From the NCBI RefSeq assembly GCF_964355755.1, contig NC_092675.1, forward strand, positions 20,618,912 to 20,682,911: a DNA stretch of 64,000 nucleotides, in the 5' to 3' direction. Positions 1-15,000 of this stretch are shown here, one piece after another. The DNA is from Antedon mediterranea. Lineage: Eukaryota; Animalia; Echinodermata. A model generated the notes under the pieces. The model was not told the origin of the DNA and searched no databases. It saw nothing but the letters and a program-made list of their open reading frames with translations. Position numbers and translations under genes: made by a program. Every line of letters begins with the position of its first letter. Position 1 is the stretch's first letter.

Positions 1-19
1 ATGATGTTTGAAGTTCTAA

Positions 20-1601
20 TTAGTTATCCGCACTTGGCGGATAACTCCTTGTTATTGTATGCGATCTTTTTCCTTTTCTGTATTATTCTTCTGTCTTTCT
101 TCCTTTTTTTGTGAGCCCTGTTTCTCTAAAATGTGTAAACAGAACATATCGTAACTTTGTCAAAATATAGACATTTACGTGAAGTTGTGCACCTCCTATT
201 TTTGAAAAACGTCAGAGTTGCGCAACGTGACTTGCACGCAATTTCATGAATTTAAATGATTGATCATAGATTAAAAACCAAAAGTCGATTTGTATTGAGA
301 CTTGGTGAAAATTTAATTTATATCAAAAGTCAATTTTCTGTGGATTAAAAATGGCATGTTTCACACAAAGTTACGCGCGCACGCGCATTTAAAATTTCAC
401 AATGCGCAAAATTAATTTCTAATCAACTTTCTACGCGTTTCATGTAATTTTAAGCATGTCAAAAATTCCCACGCACCCGCAAATTTTTACGTGCGCGGTG
501 CGCGGTGCGCATGTAGCGTTGAAAGCATATTTTTTTCTCGTGATTTATGTTTTTCTAGCTTTTTTTAGTAATTTTATCAACTTTTAAACAATTTCGACTT
601 AAAATCACGTCATATGAGCACGTCGAATTGAACAATTTGTGCGCTTTTTTGATGAAAAAGTTCAAAAATTTGTCAAAATTATGCCTTTTTTTAAACAGTC
701 GTAATTTCTAAACTGCACCGTCAACTTTTTGTGGATAACATATTCTGGAAGTTGATTAGTTGTATATATCGGATCATGTATTAATATGGCTAACCGGACA
801 TTATGACGTCATCGTATGGCCACGCAAATATAAAATAAATGATTTTTGTATCTTTCGTTATAGGTCATCACATTTAATAGAGCGCATCTCAACTTAGCCG
901 TTTTCCATTTTCACCCCGATTTTTATATTGTCTAGGTCAATCAACTATTTTTCGCATGAGTTAAAAATATTTTAATTTTTATGACGTCATCATGCCTAAA
1001 AATTTAAATTACGTGTGGCATTAATTTCATCTTTACAGTAAATTTTAATCTGTTATAGCTCGTAAGAATAAAATGTGATAATCACGATTAAAACGTTTTC
1101 TAGTAGCTATTGGATTGTAGATAGGAAATCATGTGAAAATTTTGCCAATCGGATGTTGTGATGTCATCATATGACTAGTTAAATAAAAAAAGTCGTATTT
1201 TCATCTTTTGCGTCATAATTTATTACATTTAAAAGAGCGCGCATCAATATTTTACGTATTTAAATTTCTTCTACACATTAATATGTTGTTGCCGAGATAA
1301 TTTCCTTCCGAAATTGCTATCTTAGTGTTTCATTTTGATACCGTCGCCATGTTAAAAATTGGAATAAATGGCGGGTCCAGTCATTTCACCTATTCTACAC
1401 TGTATGTAATATGTATACAGATTATATTGTATACTATATGACAAAAAATAACAGAATTCAGCAATAACAACATATCATATTCTTCAGTTCAGGTCATATT
1501 GCCATAATCTTTTTCTGTGTGCAATATTCTAACGTATGACGTGCACGTGGCCTTTGTCGTGCGGATAACTAACTCGTCAAAGTGACGAGTTACATGTCTA
1601 G
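20..1601 (+). mobile_element. Non-autonomous Helentron/HINE-like (Helitron superfamily) element, about 1.6 kb
   Basis: 5' sub-terminal inverted repeat AGTTATCCGC (22-31) pairs with GCGGATAACT both at 37-46 and at 1561-1570. It is followed by a 3' stem-loop AACTCGTC-aaagt-GACGAGTT (1571-1591) and CTAG (1598-1601) in a TT context. The interior is CpG-richer than the flanks and has no long ORF. Confidence 0.7.
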
Positions 1602-2761
1602 TTTAGGTTTATGGATTGATAGAAAACATTGACATGTGCCCATCGACAAAATGGAGGATAAATAAATGTGCTAGTATGATTTCAGTTTTGGAGGTTGAGC
1701 ATTTCTGTTGATAACATAGGTAGAAGAAAAATCCTATAGCGGTGCTATACTAAAATAGCTACTGGACTTACTAATGCTTCTTCTATTCTAAAAAACTTAT
1801 GCTCCACAAGGTTATGTCATATTATGTTAGTATTATAAATTAAATGATTTTTTTTGTTTAAAACTCTGTTCTTTTTGTTTGCCCGAAATGTGTTATTTAT
1901 AATATGTAACTATATATAAATCTATGTAAAATCTGTAATTGATGTGCCTCCTTGAGTTTTATGTACTTCTTATAAATATTGTTTTATTTGTGGTGAGTTT
2001 CTGAAATGGACAAAAGGGTGTCTAAGGAAGCTTTTTAGATTTATACAGTAGAATGGCTCTTTTGAGACAACCCTAAAGGGAACACTTTGTGGGATGTCTT
2101 TTTTGAGTTCTACTCCATATTATTTTACATTCTAATTAATTGTGTAACATCTATTAGCTTTCATGTATCAGTAATTTTAAAATTATTTCTTTGTTTTATT
2201 ATTTGCTATATTATTTGCTTTTAGTATAAGTATACAGATCTACATCTGCTTTGTCAATTTGTTCTCATAGAGTATCACTATTTCCTAGTGTACTGGTTTA
2301 ACATCCCTAAATATGGTTGCCATGTTTTTATAAGGAAAGCACACATAATTTACCTTATGGCAATGTGTGTCTGTATTGATAATGGCTGGATTTATTGAAT
2401 TTCTGTCCTTAGGCAGCCTAAATTGTCTTCAGTGTAAATACAGAATAATGATCATTTCCATTCGACTGCTACAGAGCCTTATGCTGGATTTAGTCAGCCT
2501 TATGGTGAAGATGAAGTCAACCTTATTGTAGACATTACAAATGTATTTTTAATAAACTTATAATTTATTATAGTTTTTAAATTAAATTTAAATTATTATT
2601 ATTATACCTTTTCTATTTTATTCATAAAAATAATTTGAATTTTAGAATTAATTAAACATAATTTATCTGTACCACATTTAAACAAAAATAAAGTACATAA
2701 TTTATCTTCATACTGATGGCCCATATAAATTAATATACCATCAAATATGTTATTAGGAATA

Positions 2762-2921
2762 CAGTATAGTCCCTAGTTTGTGACACCTGTATTAAGGGGA
2801 CATTCTTTAAATGAAAAAAACATAATATATAGTAATACAGTCAGCCTCTATCCAGGGAACACTCCTATAAAAGGGACATTTTGTTAGGTTGTGATGGTGT
2901 CCCTTAATAGATATTCTACTG
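2762..2921. mobile_element. MITE family A copy (Tc1/mariner-pogo-like, TA-flanked)
   Basis: ta-CAGTA...TACTG-ta termini with internal (A)AGGGACA/TGTCCC motifs. Related copies at ~3494-3643, 7590-7757, 24124-24245, 26945-27078 and 39909-40358. Confidence 0.55.
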
Positions 2922-3493
2922 TATTCAATGTATTGCCTCCTTTTGTTTATTATTTATTATTGCCTTATCACCAAATATTGGTAATTAATTTTTTTATATT
3001 TATAGGCCATAGATAATTTTTTCCCCAATATCATCAAAATATTATTACTGTTTTAGTTATTTTCCACATCTTATAATATAATTATATGATATATAATAAT
3101 AACATATATTAGTATTATACTACACGGGCATCGTCATTAAAAATATAATTTCTTACTTCGTCACAAAGGAATTATGAATCCGTGTAGTTCATGAATGAAC
3201 GGATCTGATGAGAACAATAGCGGATAGGAAATTGAAAATTCAATTGAAAGGATACAGTTGCATAATACGATATCATAAAATTGTTAATGCCACAGAAGAA
3301 ATAGAGTAAACTGTATTTAGCTTTTTAAGTACATTCAATTTTGGATACATTTTATACAAAAATAAATTGTATACTAATTCAAATGGAAATTACTGAAAAA
3401 TGCATTTTGTAGGTTTAAAAGTAATAGTAGTTAGATCTCAATTAAGATTCTAAATAAATAAAAACAGATTTTAGATGTATATTACAGTTTATA

Positions 3494-3643
3494 CAGCAGA
3501 ACCTCTATTAAAGGGACACCTTCAAAGGCCTAACAATATGTCCCCTTAATAGAGGTGTCTCCCTACAATTGGCCGTAGTATTAAAACATATACTGTATTA
3601 CACCAACTGTCCCATTAATAGAGGTGTCCCAAAGGAGTGTTCT
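3494..3643. mobile_element. MITE family A copy
   Basis: CAGCAGAACCTCTATTAAAGGGACACC ... GGTGTCCCAAAGGAGTGTTCTA; the right end matches the unit of the 58.2-62.1 kb satellite. Confidence 0.55.
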
Positions 3644-5888
3644 AATTTCTTCTCTCAGACTCTTTCTTTTTATTCATTTTTCTTTAATGTTTAATTTTAC
3701 TAATGTAATTTGTAACTAGCAATTTGACCTCTGGCCACGAGATGTTAACATTTAGATGTATTATGTTTTTAATTAAATTGAATTAAAGTGATATATTTAT
3801 GATATTTATTTATAATTGTTTGTACTCTACGAACATTTGTAATTTCCTAAAATACTTAAGCAATTGTGTTAGATGTAACTGAACATTGAACTGGCAAAGG
3901 AAGTTTTTGGATCTTAAGTATGCAAATAGCATTGTCTATACAATGCACTTTAACTATAATATACAGTGTAATATACCAATACAAATTATAGGATGTCTTT
4001 AATTTCTGGATGTATTGTTTCAAATTTAACAGAAACCAGGAAATACTTCCCAAAGGAAACTTTTTGGTCCTGGATTACCATACATTTGACACAATGGATA
4101 AATGTTGCCAAGAATTGCCAAAAGCACATTTAATCACTATCCTATCTATTTTATTTTATGGTTTTAGAATAAGAGTGAAAATGATCTTGTTAGGTAGGTT
4201 ACAATCTTCAAATCTCTTTACTAAATGGAAGAAAATCCTATTTTAGTTTGATTTTTCGTTTCGTTTTCGTTTAAATTTAAATCTTAAGAAATAAAATAAA
4301 TTGAACACAAAAATGTACCAATTGAAAATATCAATGGAATTTGTTATTCTGATATATATTTTTTTATTTTTGGTAACAAATATATATATAGTTATTTAGA
4401 AATAGGATATTTTAATGAAAATGAGCTTAAAATTGTATTACATTTAAAATAATGATATAATACAGTACATTCAATATGCCTCTATATAACTGCAATTCAT
4501 ATAGTGTATTACTATATAAATAATATAATATGCCTAAAAGTACTGTATGTTCCTAGCGTGTTCTACATGACATAAAAGTTTGGAATTTTAGATGTCGACT
4601 TCTAGGGTAATCCAAAATTCCAGAAATTTAAAAAGCATATTATTAACCCCTTTGGGAATCGAACCCATGACCCAGCAAATGTACCACTAATATAGTTGGC
4701 TATGCATCAATACCATGATGAAAGGAAAATGTACCAGGTGCAGATTTTAGGATTTACATTGTCAGACAGAAATTTGTACAGTAAAAACACCATAGTAAAA
4801 CACAGTTTTGTAATTTTACTGGTTGTTCTTTGTTGAATTTTGACTGTTAAAGATTACTATCTTTTAAAATCATTCTTTTAAAACATTCATTTTGAATATT
4901 CGATTGGGGGACGCAACATTTAACATACCGATTTTCTTTTGAGTATTTAATTAATGGAATATTTCAAATGTTAAGTTAGTATAATAAAAATAAAATAGAC
5001 ATTTATGGAAATATTATTTCAGATTATATTTGAACAATATTTCAAATATTTTTAAAGCATTCCAGTTAATTTAAAGTGTTAGTCATCCATAAATTATAAA
5101 AGATTTATTATATCTAAAAATGTAGCTTATGAATTATGCCTCAATGGTATGATCATATTAATGTCATTTACCCAGTTGAGATGATGTTTCATATCTTGAT
5201 TGATAGAAACACAAGTTTGTTACTTTTATCATAACTTGTGATTTATGGCAATGTACTTTATGAAAATGTGCTGACATGTGAACATAAATGTGATTTGTTG
5301 GCCAGTGTGGCACAGAGGTTGTAATATGACATGGAATTTCTGAAGAACCGTGAGGTGAAGGAAAATCAAATATACCAAGCAACAAAGTCACTTTTGTCAT
5401 GAATGTATTGAGGTGGGCCATCAAGCCATATTTACTTGGTGGTTCCTCTACAAGAATCAGCCTTCTTTTTTTAACTTCAGTTTAATAGTAGGCCTACATT
5501 AGAGGCAGAAAATTGTATAACATATACCGAAATTAAACATAAAAGTATATGAAAAGCAAAAATATTTTCTAAAGTTTATTTAGGGCTTTAGAACAGTCTA
5601 TACCTGCGCTCACGAAAAATTTATTTATTTCCTTCATTCATAAACAATCATAAATATAATTTCTTACAATATACAAGACGAAGGAGGCACAGATTTAAGA
5701 AAGCAAAGCTTGTGCTGAAAATGCCGATAGCCGCGATGGAGTCCTGTTACTGTAGTTACTTCTACCCCAGTGCCCCGTAACGTTCTCTCTTATATTATTT
5801 ATTTTAACAAATTGTTTCCTGTTCTGATGATTAAAGACCTTTATGCAACCATTATGATTGTATATGTTTAGGTGCAGTTGAATCTGTT

Positions 5889-6050
5889 AAGCTCTGTCTA
5901 CACTATCAAACTAGTTTGAAAAAAAAAAAGTTGTGATGGGCCCAAATATGGCAGTAATATGCTTAAATATGGTAGTGATATGACATCATCGTGTCCATAT
6001 ATGGGCACAACACATTTTTTTGTTTGAAGTTTTATAGTGCAAGACTTTAG
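5889..6050. mobile_element. MITE family B copy (PIF/Harbinger-Tourist-like)
   Basis: Terminus AGCTCTGTCTACACTATCAAAC with internal CCCAAATATGG/GACATCATC motifs, shared with copies at ~8560, 23951, 37709, 41084, 43064, 43976, 51955 and 58045. Confidence 0.6.
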
Positions 6051-9000
6051 ATACAAAAATACAAAATTTCATCACAAAAAACTTAACTTATAATAATAAT
6101 ATAAAAATAAAAATAACTTTTATTCATATATAATATCTGCAGGACTGCTAGATCTGGGTTGTCTATGTCACTCTTTTAATTGCATGAATATAAATCAGTA
6201 AATGAATCAACTTTTTGATTTAAAAATTAAATATTAATTCTCTTTCTATTTCTGCTTTTCAGAAGTAATATCAAATCATATCTGTGCATCTGCTTCTGTC
6301 ATCGTTATAAAATCATTATTAACAATTCAAACCTACTTTATTTTTGTTATCTGATTTTATCTTTAATAATGCGAATAAAATATATATCAAATTGTAATTT
6401 TGTTCTTCTAGTTTAAAATATACTGTACAGTAGTTTGGACTTTACTCAAACCATTGACTACCCTAAGTCTAACAATTTGAATACCCTATCATTTATTTAC
6501 TGATTGCATACAGGTAAATAATAATGATAAGATGTGCATTTGGAGTTACCATAACCAGCAAATGGGATTTATAATATTAATTGCACGTACATCAGCACAC
6601 AAACTAATTGCTTTTTTGTTCGATTTATAACATGTTTCTGGACATTTCCAACATCTCCAAGATTGTGTTACATTCACTGCATATAACTTAAAAGTTACGA
6701 ATTTCTGGTTTGAAATACCCTTTTACAATAACCATAGTTTTATCAAATAAATGCCAAAATGATATTGAATGTTTGGTTAAAATTTTTCAATTTCAATTGA
6801 ATTGACTTATACCAGCCTTGTTTCATGAGGCGTGGGAGTGTGTTCACTCGCTTTAGCACACTCCTAAAATGCCTCTGAGGTGTGCATGATTTTTAGCCCA
6901 TCTTAAATTTCTTTAAAATTAAATCTTCTACAAACTAAATGTGAATGACTTGAGGAGTGCCATTTGTACAAATTTGCAAATACGCCTGCTTTTATGTTCT
7001 TAACAAGTCACATTAGAGCAACGTTCTCTTTAGTATAGGTCCACTGGCCGATGGTCAGTAAAATCTATTACAGTCATGTAAAAATACCTTATCTGACCAG
7101 TTTTGGCTAGTAAATGTCATATTTGTTAAAATTAGATTTGGCTAGAAAAAGAAAAAAACGTTTACTGGTCTAATCTTAGGATGTAAATTATTTAGTAATG
7201 TATTATAGACAATAGAGATTATTGAAGTACAAACACCTAAAACGTTTAAAATCTTAAAAACTGTTTGGTTGACGATATACTAAAGAAATTCATTGTTAAG
7301 CCTTTAAAGTGTTGTACCTATTCAAATGTTAGTATTTATTTTAGCTTCCCTATTATCTAGTGTGTATATTGGTTTAAAAAGATATGGCCATTAAGTGGGC
7401 TTCAACCTAGGCACTAGACATTCAATAACTAAAGGCATGCTCTATTCTTTCAAATGACAAAATGGAACATAAAATATACCAAATTCAGTTGGCCTATTTA
7501 AAGTTGGAAGTGGCATATTCCGTTTACTATTAATTAAAACACAAATGGTTTTTTTTTCTTTAAAAAAAAATTACATTTTAGTTTTTTATAGTAGAACCAC
7601 TCCATTGGGACACGCCTACTTATGGGACACCACTATTAAGGGGACATGATAATATAAAAACTAGGAGAAATACATGTTTAAACACTACAGGCAACTCCTA
7701 TTCAAGGGACACTTTGTTGGGTCCTGAAGGTGTTCTGTTCAATATGGGCTTTACTGTATTTTCCTAATAATAATTTTATGAAAAAACACCAAACACAATT
7801 GCAAGAATGACCAATTTATATACCATGTAATTCTAGATACCATTACCTAATGATAGATATATTGTAATAATACTTTATAATTGTATTTCAACACAAATCC
7901 AGACCCACATGCATAATTACCATTGTCTAGATATTGTCTAGATATTTCAAATGAAATGGTCTAGTTGTTTTTATTCATGGGGACAGACAGCCAGTCGCAT
8001 TGGCGATACAGTTGCGCATTCTTAAGTGAGGGTAAAATGAATCTGACCTTGTAGTGTATTTTGAAAGTATTTAATAGTTAACTGTAAAAAGATTTAATGC
8101 AATAATGGTTGTTTGATTACTGATTGGATATTGAAAATATTCAATCTATAAATCAATAATAAAACCAGACTCATTAATATTCGTAATAAGAAATGTTCAA
8201 GCCATGTTGACACATTTGGACAGACAGCATCAAATAAACTGTCCCTCCATTATTTATTATCTTTTATATGGACTCTATGCATAGCCAGAAATTGTGCTAA
8301 GCTAGTTAGGCCTACAGTTCTTACATTGACAATTGTTATTCATTTTAAATTATTATTTTTGTCATGCCTGTTATCACTGCATTCTAATCACAAACGTATG
8401 TAATGTGCCATATTATATAGATTAATAGATTAAAAGTGTGACCATCTAATACTAATGATACAGTAGTGCAACTGTGACTTGATGGTCAACATGCTTGCGT
8501 AATAATTCCAGGTTCCTTGTTCAAATCCTACAACCAATACAGCATCGCTACCAAAGCCTTAAGCTCTGACAACAAAATGTGATGTGCCCATAGATGTCAT
8601 GTCAGTACCATATTTGGGCATATCAGTACCATATTTGGGCACTAGTTTAATAGTGTAGATAGAGCTTAATACAAGATTTGATTTGCCATGGCTTTCCCAT
8701 CCTGTAATTGGCAAGTCATGTATTTTCTGTCTAACGTATACAGTATGTCTCTGTACACAAAACCGTAGTGAGTCTGTTTTGTTTCAGCGAAACTAACCGT
8801 GTTTGCACTTTTTCTGCAATATATAGAAAACCTAAAATGAATGTTTTTCTTTTAGTTGGTCTATTAATGTTTAGTAGGATGAATCATTCAGCATCCACAG
8901 AACATACATTTTAACTCAATTACATTTCTGTGCCAATTCTTTAAAAGACCATGTTGTTATTCGTTCTGGCAACTATTAGCAATGCATTATATGACAAATG

Positions 9001-12000
9001 TCTATGACAGGTGATGGATGTGCATGGCAAATGAACCATGTCTATAAGAACAATAAAGTACTTTGTAATTGTACGAAAATGCTAGCTTTAGGCCTAATTC
9101 GGGTCAACCTCTTACTTTGAAAGCCTGGGTTAACACATGCTCAAGGATTTAAATGCATCTCTGAGGAGTTTGTTTTCTAATGTGTAACATTTCCTCTTTT
9201 ATTATTACATTTTCGTCTTCTGTTCAGCATAACCTTAGGTCGAATTAGGTTGCAGTATAATGACTTTGATAAAAAATGTGGGTTGAAACATTCAGGAAAG
9301 GTTTTACCGGTTGATCGTTTTATTGAAATATTTATTATAATTTATTTGGTAGTAAAAGCATTAATTTTCAGCTTGTGATTTTAGTATTCTCATTTAGCAT
9401 AACCCGAACTTCAGGTCACAATTGGTTTACTGTATTCTAGCGGTGAAATCACCCATGATGCTTAAAGCATTTGTAGGTATAATATTATTTATTTATTTTC
9501 TCGTCAGTGGTAAAATAGAATGAGCATTGTGAAATAAACCACTTTTTCAAAAAGAGGTTCTAAGGACTTTTTCGTAATGTTATAAGATAGGAAATTCAGT
9601 TATTCATGCAAGTTTGAAACATTTTTGTAAGGAACATGTTATAACTGTAAGTCATTGAAAATCAGAAAAATTCCTATAAATTTATAACATTATGAACAAA
9701 TCTTGAAGCACCACTTTTTAAATAAAAACGCATATTTCACGATGCTACTGCTGACAAAAAATAATTAGTTTATTGTCACTAATGTTTTTGCAAAGTTTTA
9801 CTTTTGATAATAAACACTTTAAATCCCTTAACCAAAATAAAGTCATGTGAATTCCCTATTTAAATGAGGCCAGCTAAACTTTACATACTGTCCTATACCT
9901 TTCTTCAATCAAGAGAAAGCAACACAGTTATTAGAAATTCATTCAACTACATGGTTAATAATAAATGACACATTAATAATATATATTTATATTTATTTAT
10001 AGCCTACCTTTCCATAATAAAAACAACCCATATTTCTCAAACTCTGTTTCTAACTTCAGGTTTAAAGCTTAACTAACTTTTCCTTTGATTGTATAACCTG
10101 TTGCTGAGAGAGACACACAATCGGCCCTTTAGGTACTCTTGGTTCCCCTTTCAAGTCAGACATTTTTAATGACTAAAATGAAATTAACTTAAATAACTAA
10201 TCTTAAGTCCCAAGTTGAGAAAGCTTATTTCATGGAGTTTTTTAAGTAATAATGATAACCACCACAGGGGAAATTTATTTACATTTGATGAGGCAAAGCA
10301 AATAATTAAAGAAAAGAAAATCATCATCATCATCTTCCTGTAGTTTACAGAACCTCGTTTGAGTATTGTAAATGAAAAAAAAAATAGTAATTTCACATTA
10401 GATGTAACCTATATTTAGTATTTATGTAATTTTATTATATGGTATATTTCAATATTTATGACTGAGCGGGTATAGACTATCCTACTCAAAAACTATTCTT
10501 TTCTTGCATGAGTGTAATTTTTAATCTAAAAATGCTCTAAATGTTTAATATCCTCAAATAGAAAATCTTTCAATGTCAGACTAAAGGTAGAAGAAGCATG
10601 TCTTTATTTCTGCTGTTATGTCAATCTAAATCAATTCCGAGAAGGGGTGTGGGGGAAAAGCTAAGTTCTTCTCTTCCTTTCCCTATCCCACTCCCTTTGA
10701 GGTCAAATAATGGGGAAATTTCATGCCAATATTTCACCCTATCTTTCCCATTCAACAACCTAGAAGATCTAACATCTAATTAACCAAAAAACAGTCATAA
10801 CAATTAAATCCTGTTCTTATGGCAAACATACTCTAAATCATATGTGAAATATACGATTATGGAAGTTTATATACAAACAAACGTATTAGTATTTTTGCAA
10901 TAAGTCTGATGATGATTTCCAATTATTTATAGCTTATTTCAATTGAACCTATATATGACAAAGATACATTAGATTTGATTCCTAATGCTTTCTTCCAAAC
11001 TTTTATCTACTAGTGATGTATCTTCCAGGGTTGATGTATAAATTAAATTCCAAGTAGCGTCCATTAGTAGTACCTCTATATTTTCACTTTAAAGTATATA
11101 CAAACGAGTCTTTCTAGGTTTATTCATGCTTTTATGTTGTCAGTATTTTTCTCTATTCATTGCCATTCTGTGGTCACTTTCATTGAAATTCCATTAGGCA
11201 ATATCTTGCTGAAAATGATGCATTACTATATCGAAAGCCTTACTTTACACATTATGCATTAATGATGCATTGTTTTAATTTGATATGCAATTAATTATTA
11301 CCAGCATGATCCATGGCTGTGTTGTCGGTCACCATCCCACAAAGAACGGAAATCACACTGATATAGATAGATATTCATGGTTTTTTTGGTTCCTATGTCA
11401 ATTGGAACCATTGTAACAAGCAAGCGGATGTTTGTATGTGCGTACGTCCATAATTTGTACGTATGATGTGCGTTTGTTATGTTGTGTGTAGTTGCAATTG
11501 ATCACTTACAATTCCCTTTAATAAGTGACACACTTTCAACGAGAATAAATACAATAAAAATGTTTTGGTTACTAGTCCCAAGACTACATACTAAATACAT
11601 ATAACCGATCTCCCCTGTCAAATTGAGTAGCCTCACTTACTACAGTACTCTGTATATATACTATAGTGCCATTTCAGTATTTTTTGTCTTTAACTCTTGG
11701 TTTTAGAAAAAAACATATATATCTTGTGAATGTTTATTACTAGTGTTAAAATCTATGAAATATTTCTGTCACCATCTCACAAACTAGAACTAGCAGTAAA
11801 TTTGTTGAGATCGATCGAAGTTCTCTTTTTCTTTCTACTCTTAATTTTTACAACTGTAAAATTTTGAATGAATAGATGGAATGACCATTGACAATAGCTA
11901 GATCATCCGTGGCAGTTCCAGTAATTACAGCATTGATGTTATACTTTGTTGACAACATGAAGTAAACTGAAATTGTGAAATGAAATTGGACATGTGACTG

Positions 12001-15000
12001 ACATAGATATCTGTAAACCTTTTGAAAATTTGATTTGATAGGAATAAACTAATCTACAGTTAGGAAAAAACTAAATTCTACTATTATAATATATGATTTT
12101 GCATTAGCTTATTGACATTTATTGACATAATAATTTAAAAAATATATTATCACATAATACCCCTGACGAAGGAATAGTGTTTTCCAAATGCTTTAGAAGT
12201 TCAGTGGCTGTATTCACCAATTACACTTCGGCTAAGAAAAACACATTTAAAATTTTAAAATTCCCATGCAAAAGTGAATACAAATATCTAATGTATGTGA
12301 TTGGTAAATGTTACCACTAGATCTTATGCCAAATACTGGTAAATAAAATTGTTTAAATAAATGATCAACTTTCTTTAATTGTAAAACACTGGATTTGCCC
12401 CAGGTAAATTTAAAATGATACAATGTTCACCGATATCAGTTTGCAATTTTTGACTAATTATTACAAAAATAGGACACACAAATGTTATTTAATCACAGAA
12501 AACATCATAATTCAATTTTCATTTGTAACATTTTCCAAGTACATATCAAGGATCTTCCAGATTTCTGTAATGATATGTCAGCTATTTTCACAATGCAGTG
12601 TCAAGCAAATACAGAATCATATTGTAATTGTGACCATAGGACAAGAAAGACTAGTAGAAGAATGTTATTAATGACTCATCTAGCCTAAGGAAATAGTAAT
12701 ATGCTATATTGGATAACATGTAGATTCTATTCTGTAAATGAGTGCGTTTGACACAAAGACCATGTCAACTTGCCTGTTATCACAAAATTGATGGTATAAT
12801 TACATTAACAGTTTTCTCTGATTTATATACTATAAAGGAAGTTGTTATAGTGTTTTATTGATTTCTTTTTTTGTATCGGCCAGAGATTAAAAAAAAAAAA
12901 GAAATAAGGGGCTAATAAGGAGATATAAATAATAAATAGGGGTTGCTTGTAGTGTTAACATTTAAATGACCCCTTGTTCATTTCTTGGGAGTGTCCCCTT
13001 GAATTGGGGGTATAATAGCAAAACATATTATTTGCCCCGTTTTGTAGTGTTAAAGCATACCTCTTGTTTGTTTCTTGGAAAGTTTTCTCCAATTACGACC
13101 ATCTCCTATTCTAGAGACTCTCCTATTAGAAGATAGTACTTTTCTGGTGCCAAAGGTATTTCCATTTTAAATTTATTGATTCTACTGATTCATTTAACAA
13201 TTAAGATTGTGCATTGTGCATATTAATTTTATTTTTTTCAAGAAACACAAAGGTGGTTTTGTACCGTAATCTTCACACCTTCTCAATATTATTTTAATTC
13301 TGAATATTAAATGTGTTGCTTATTTTTGGTATTTTAGCTGTAAGGGGAATTGGTATCATTACTCCAAGTATTATAAACAGAATTGACTTCTAAGTTGAGA
13401 AGAAGATTTAATGAGAATAGATTAAAATGTCTGAAGCAGTTAAATTAAAAAAGGAATTAGTTACAGTAATCAGTAAGTGTGTTATTGTTGTGAATGTATT
13501 ATTAGTTTAATAAAATGCCGTTGGATGTGTTGGGGTACTTTATAAGTAAAAAGTTGAGCCAAGCCATGTGGTACATATGCTTTTATTTTATATTTCAAAG
13601 ATTCCTGTACCAAGACGTGTTTCAAATGGAGTTTAAAATCTTTCCAGTATCATTCCAATCATTCCCAATTAGCTAGTATTTAATATACCTCCTTGATCAT
13701 AATAAACAAAATGATTTTTATTTCCTCGACAACCTCAAATTTGGTTGAAAACTAAACTTCAAGATTTTTACTACATTTGTGCCAGTATCGTGAACGCCAT
13801 AAACTGTAACATATAACTGCAATTAAACACTTAACAATACAAGGAATCTGACATTTTAGAGTAAAGAGCAAACATCTAGTTTGGTTATACTCTTTATATA
13901 TATAGCATACGTTTTCCCCCAACAGAACTCATCCGATAAATGATATGGTTTGAAATTCAATATTTAAAGCTTAAAGTAAGTACCTTTAGGGTGTATGTCC
14001 ATATTAATGCGTTATATATTTAAACTACACTCCATCTGCCAAAGTAAAGTAATGTACTTTGAAAATATAATTACTTGATGCTCGGAAGTGAAGGGTTTTT
14101 AAGCCACCTAGAACCTAACAGTCTCCAGGCAATTTAGTATCAACCTTACACTTGCTTTGATGTTGAATGATACTGATGGATAAGATATAAATACCCTTGA
14201 ATTCGCTATCACTATAGTTTCATTACACAGCATGCCATGCCGGTACATTTTAAATCACTGAAATAATGGTATATCTATGATTGTTTTTGTTATTGATTGT
14301 TGATACCTTTAAGACAACACAAAGCAAGTGGCTTTAATAAAATTCCTACTAGCGTTATAAAAACATGAGTAGATAGAAAACGCATTAAAATGAGGAAGAC
14401 AGATCAAATAACACCGCTATAATTAGAAAAATAAAATTCCACTTCAATCAACTCAGTTAAATTATCAATACTATATAGATACTGTTATATAATTATCAGA
14501 AAAAACATTACTCGTAATTGAAAATATATTGTATCGTTTTTATTTGACCTCAGAGAATGTTTAAAATGTGCTGTTTTTAAATTGATTGCTTTTAAGTAGG
14601 AAATTGGTATATTACAGCATCATCTTGTGATTACTAAGATCTGATTACTGTTACAGGTAGGAAGTTCAAGAAGAAAAAGAACACAAGACTCACTGTCGCC
14701 TGATAACATTTGCGAGATTCAATGTAATACTTTCTCTAGAAAATAGTGTAAACGCCTTGTCACTGTGAACCAAATAATCATTTGTAGGCAGCTTCTACTT
14801 CATCTAATTGCGATAAAGGATAACATTATATTAAGTACTATACAGACTGGACTAAGATGTTTATGATGCAGTGCTAGCTTTCTTAGATATAGGTTTTTAC
14901 GCTGCTGAGCTCTGACCAGCTACGTCCCATGAGGACTACTCATTCAGAAGCTAAAGCAAGCAGCAGTTACAGTATCTAAGGCCGACAGTTTTGCGACTTT

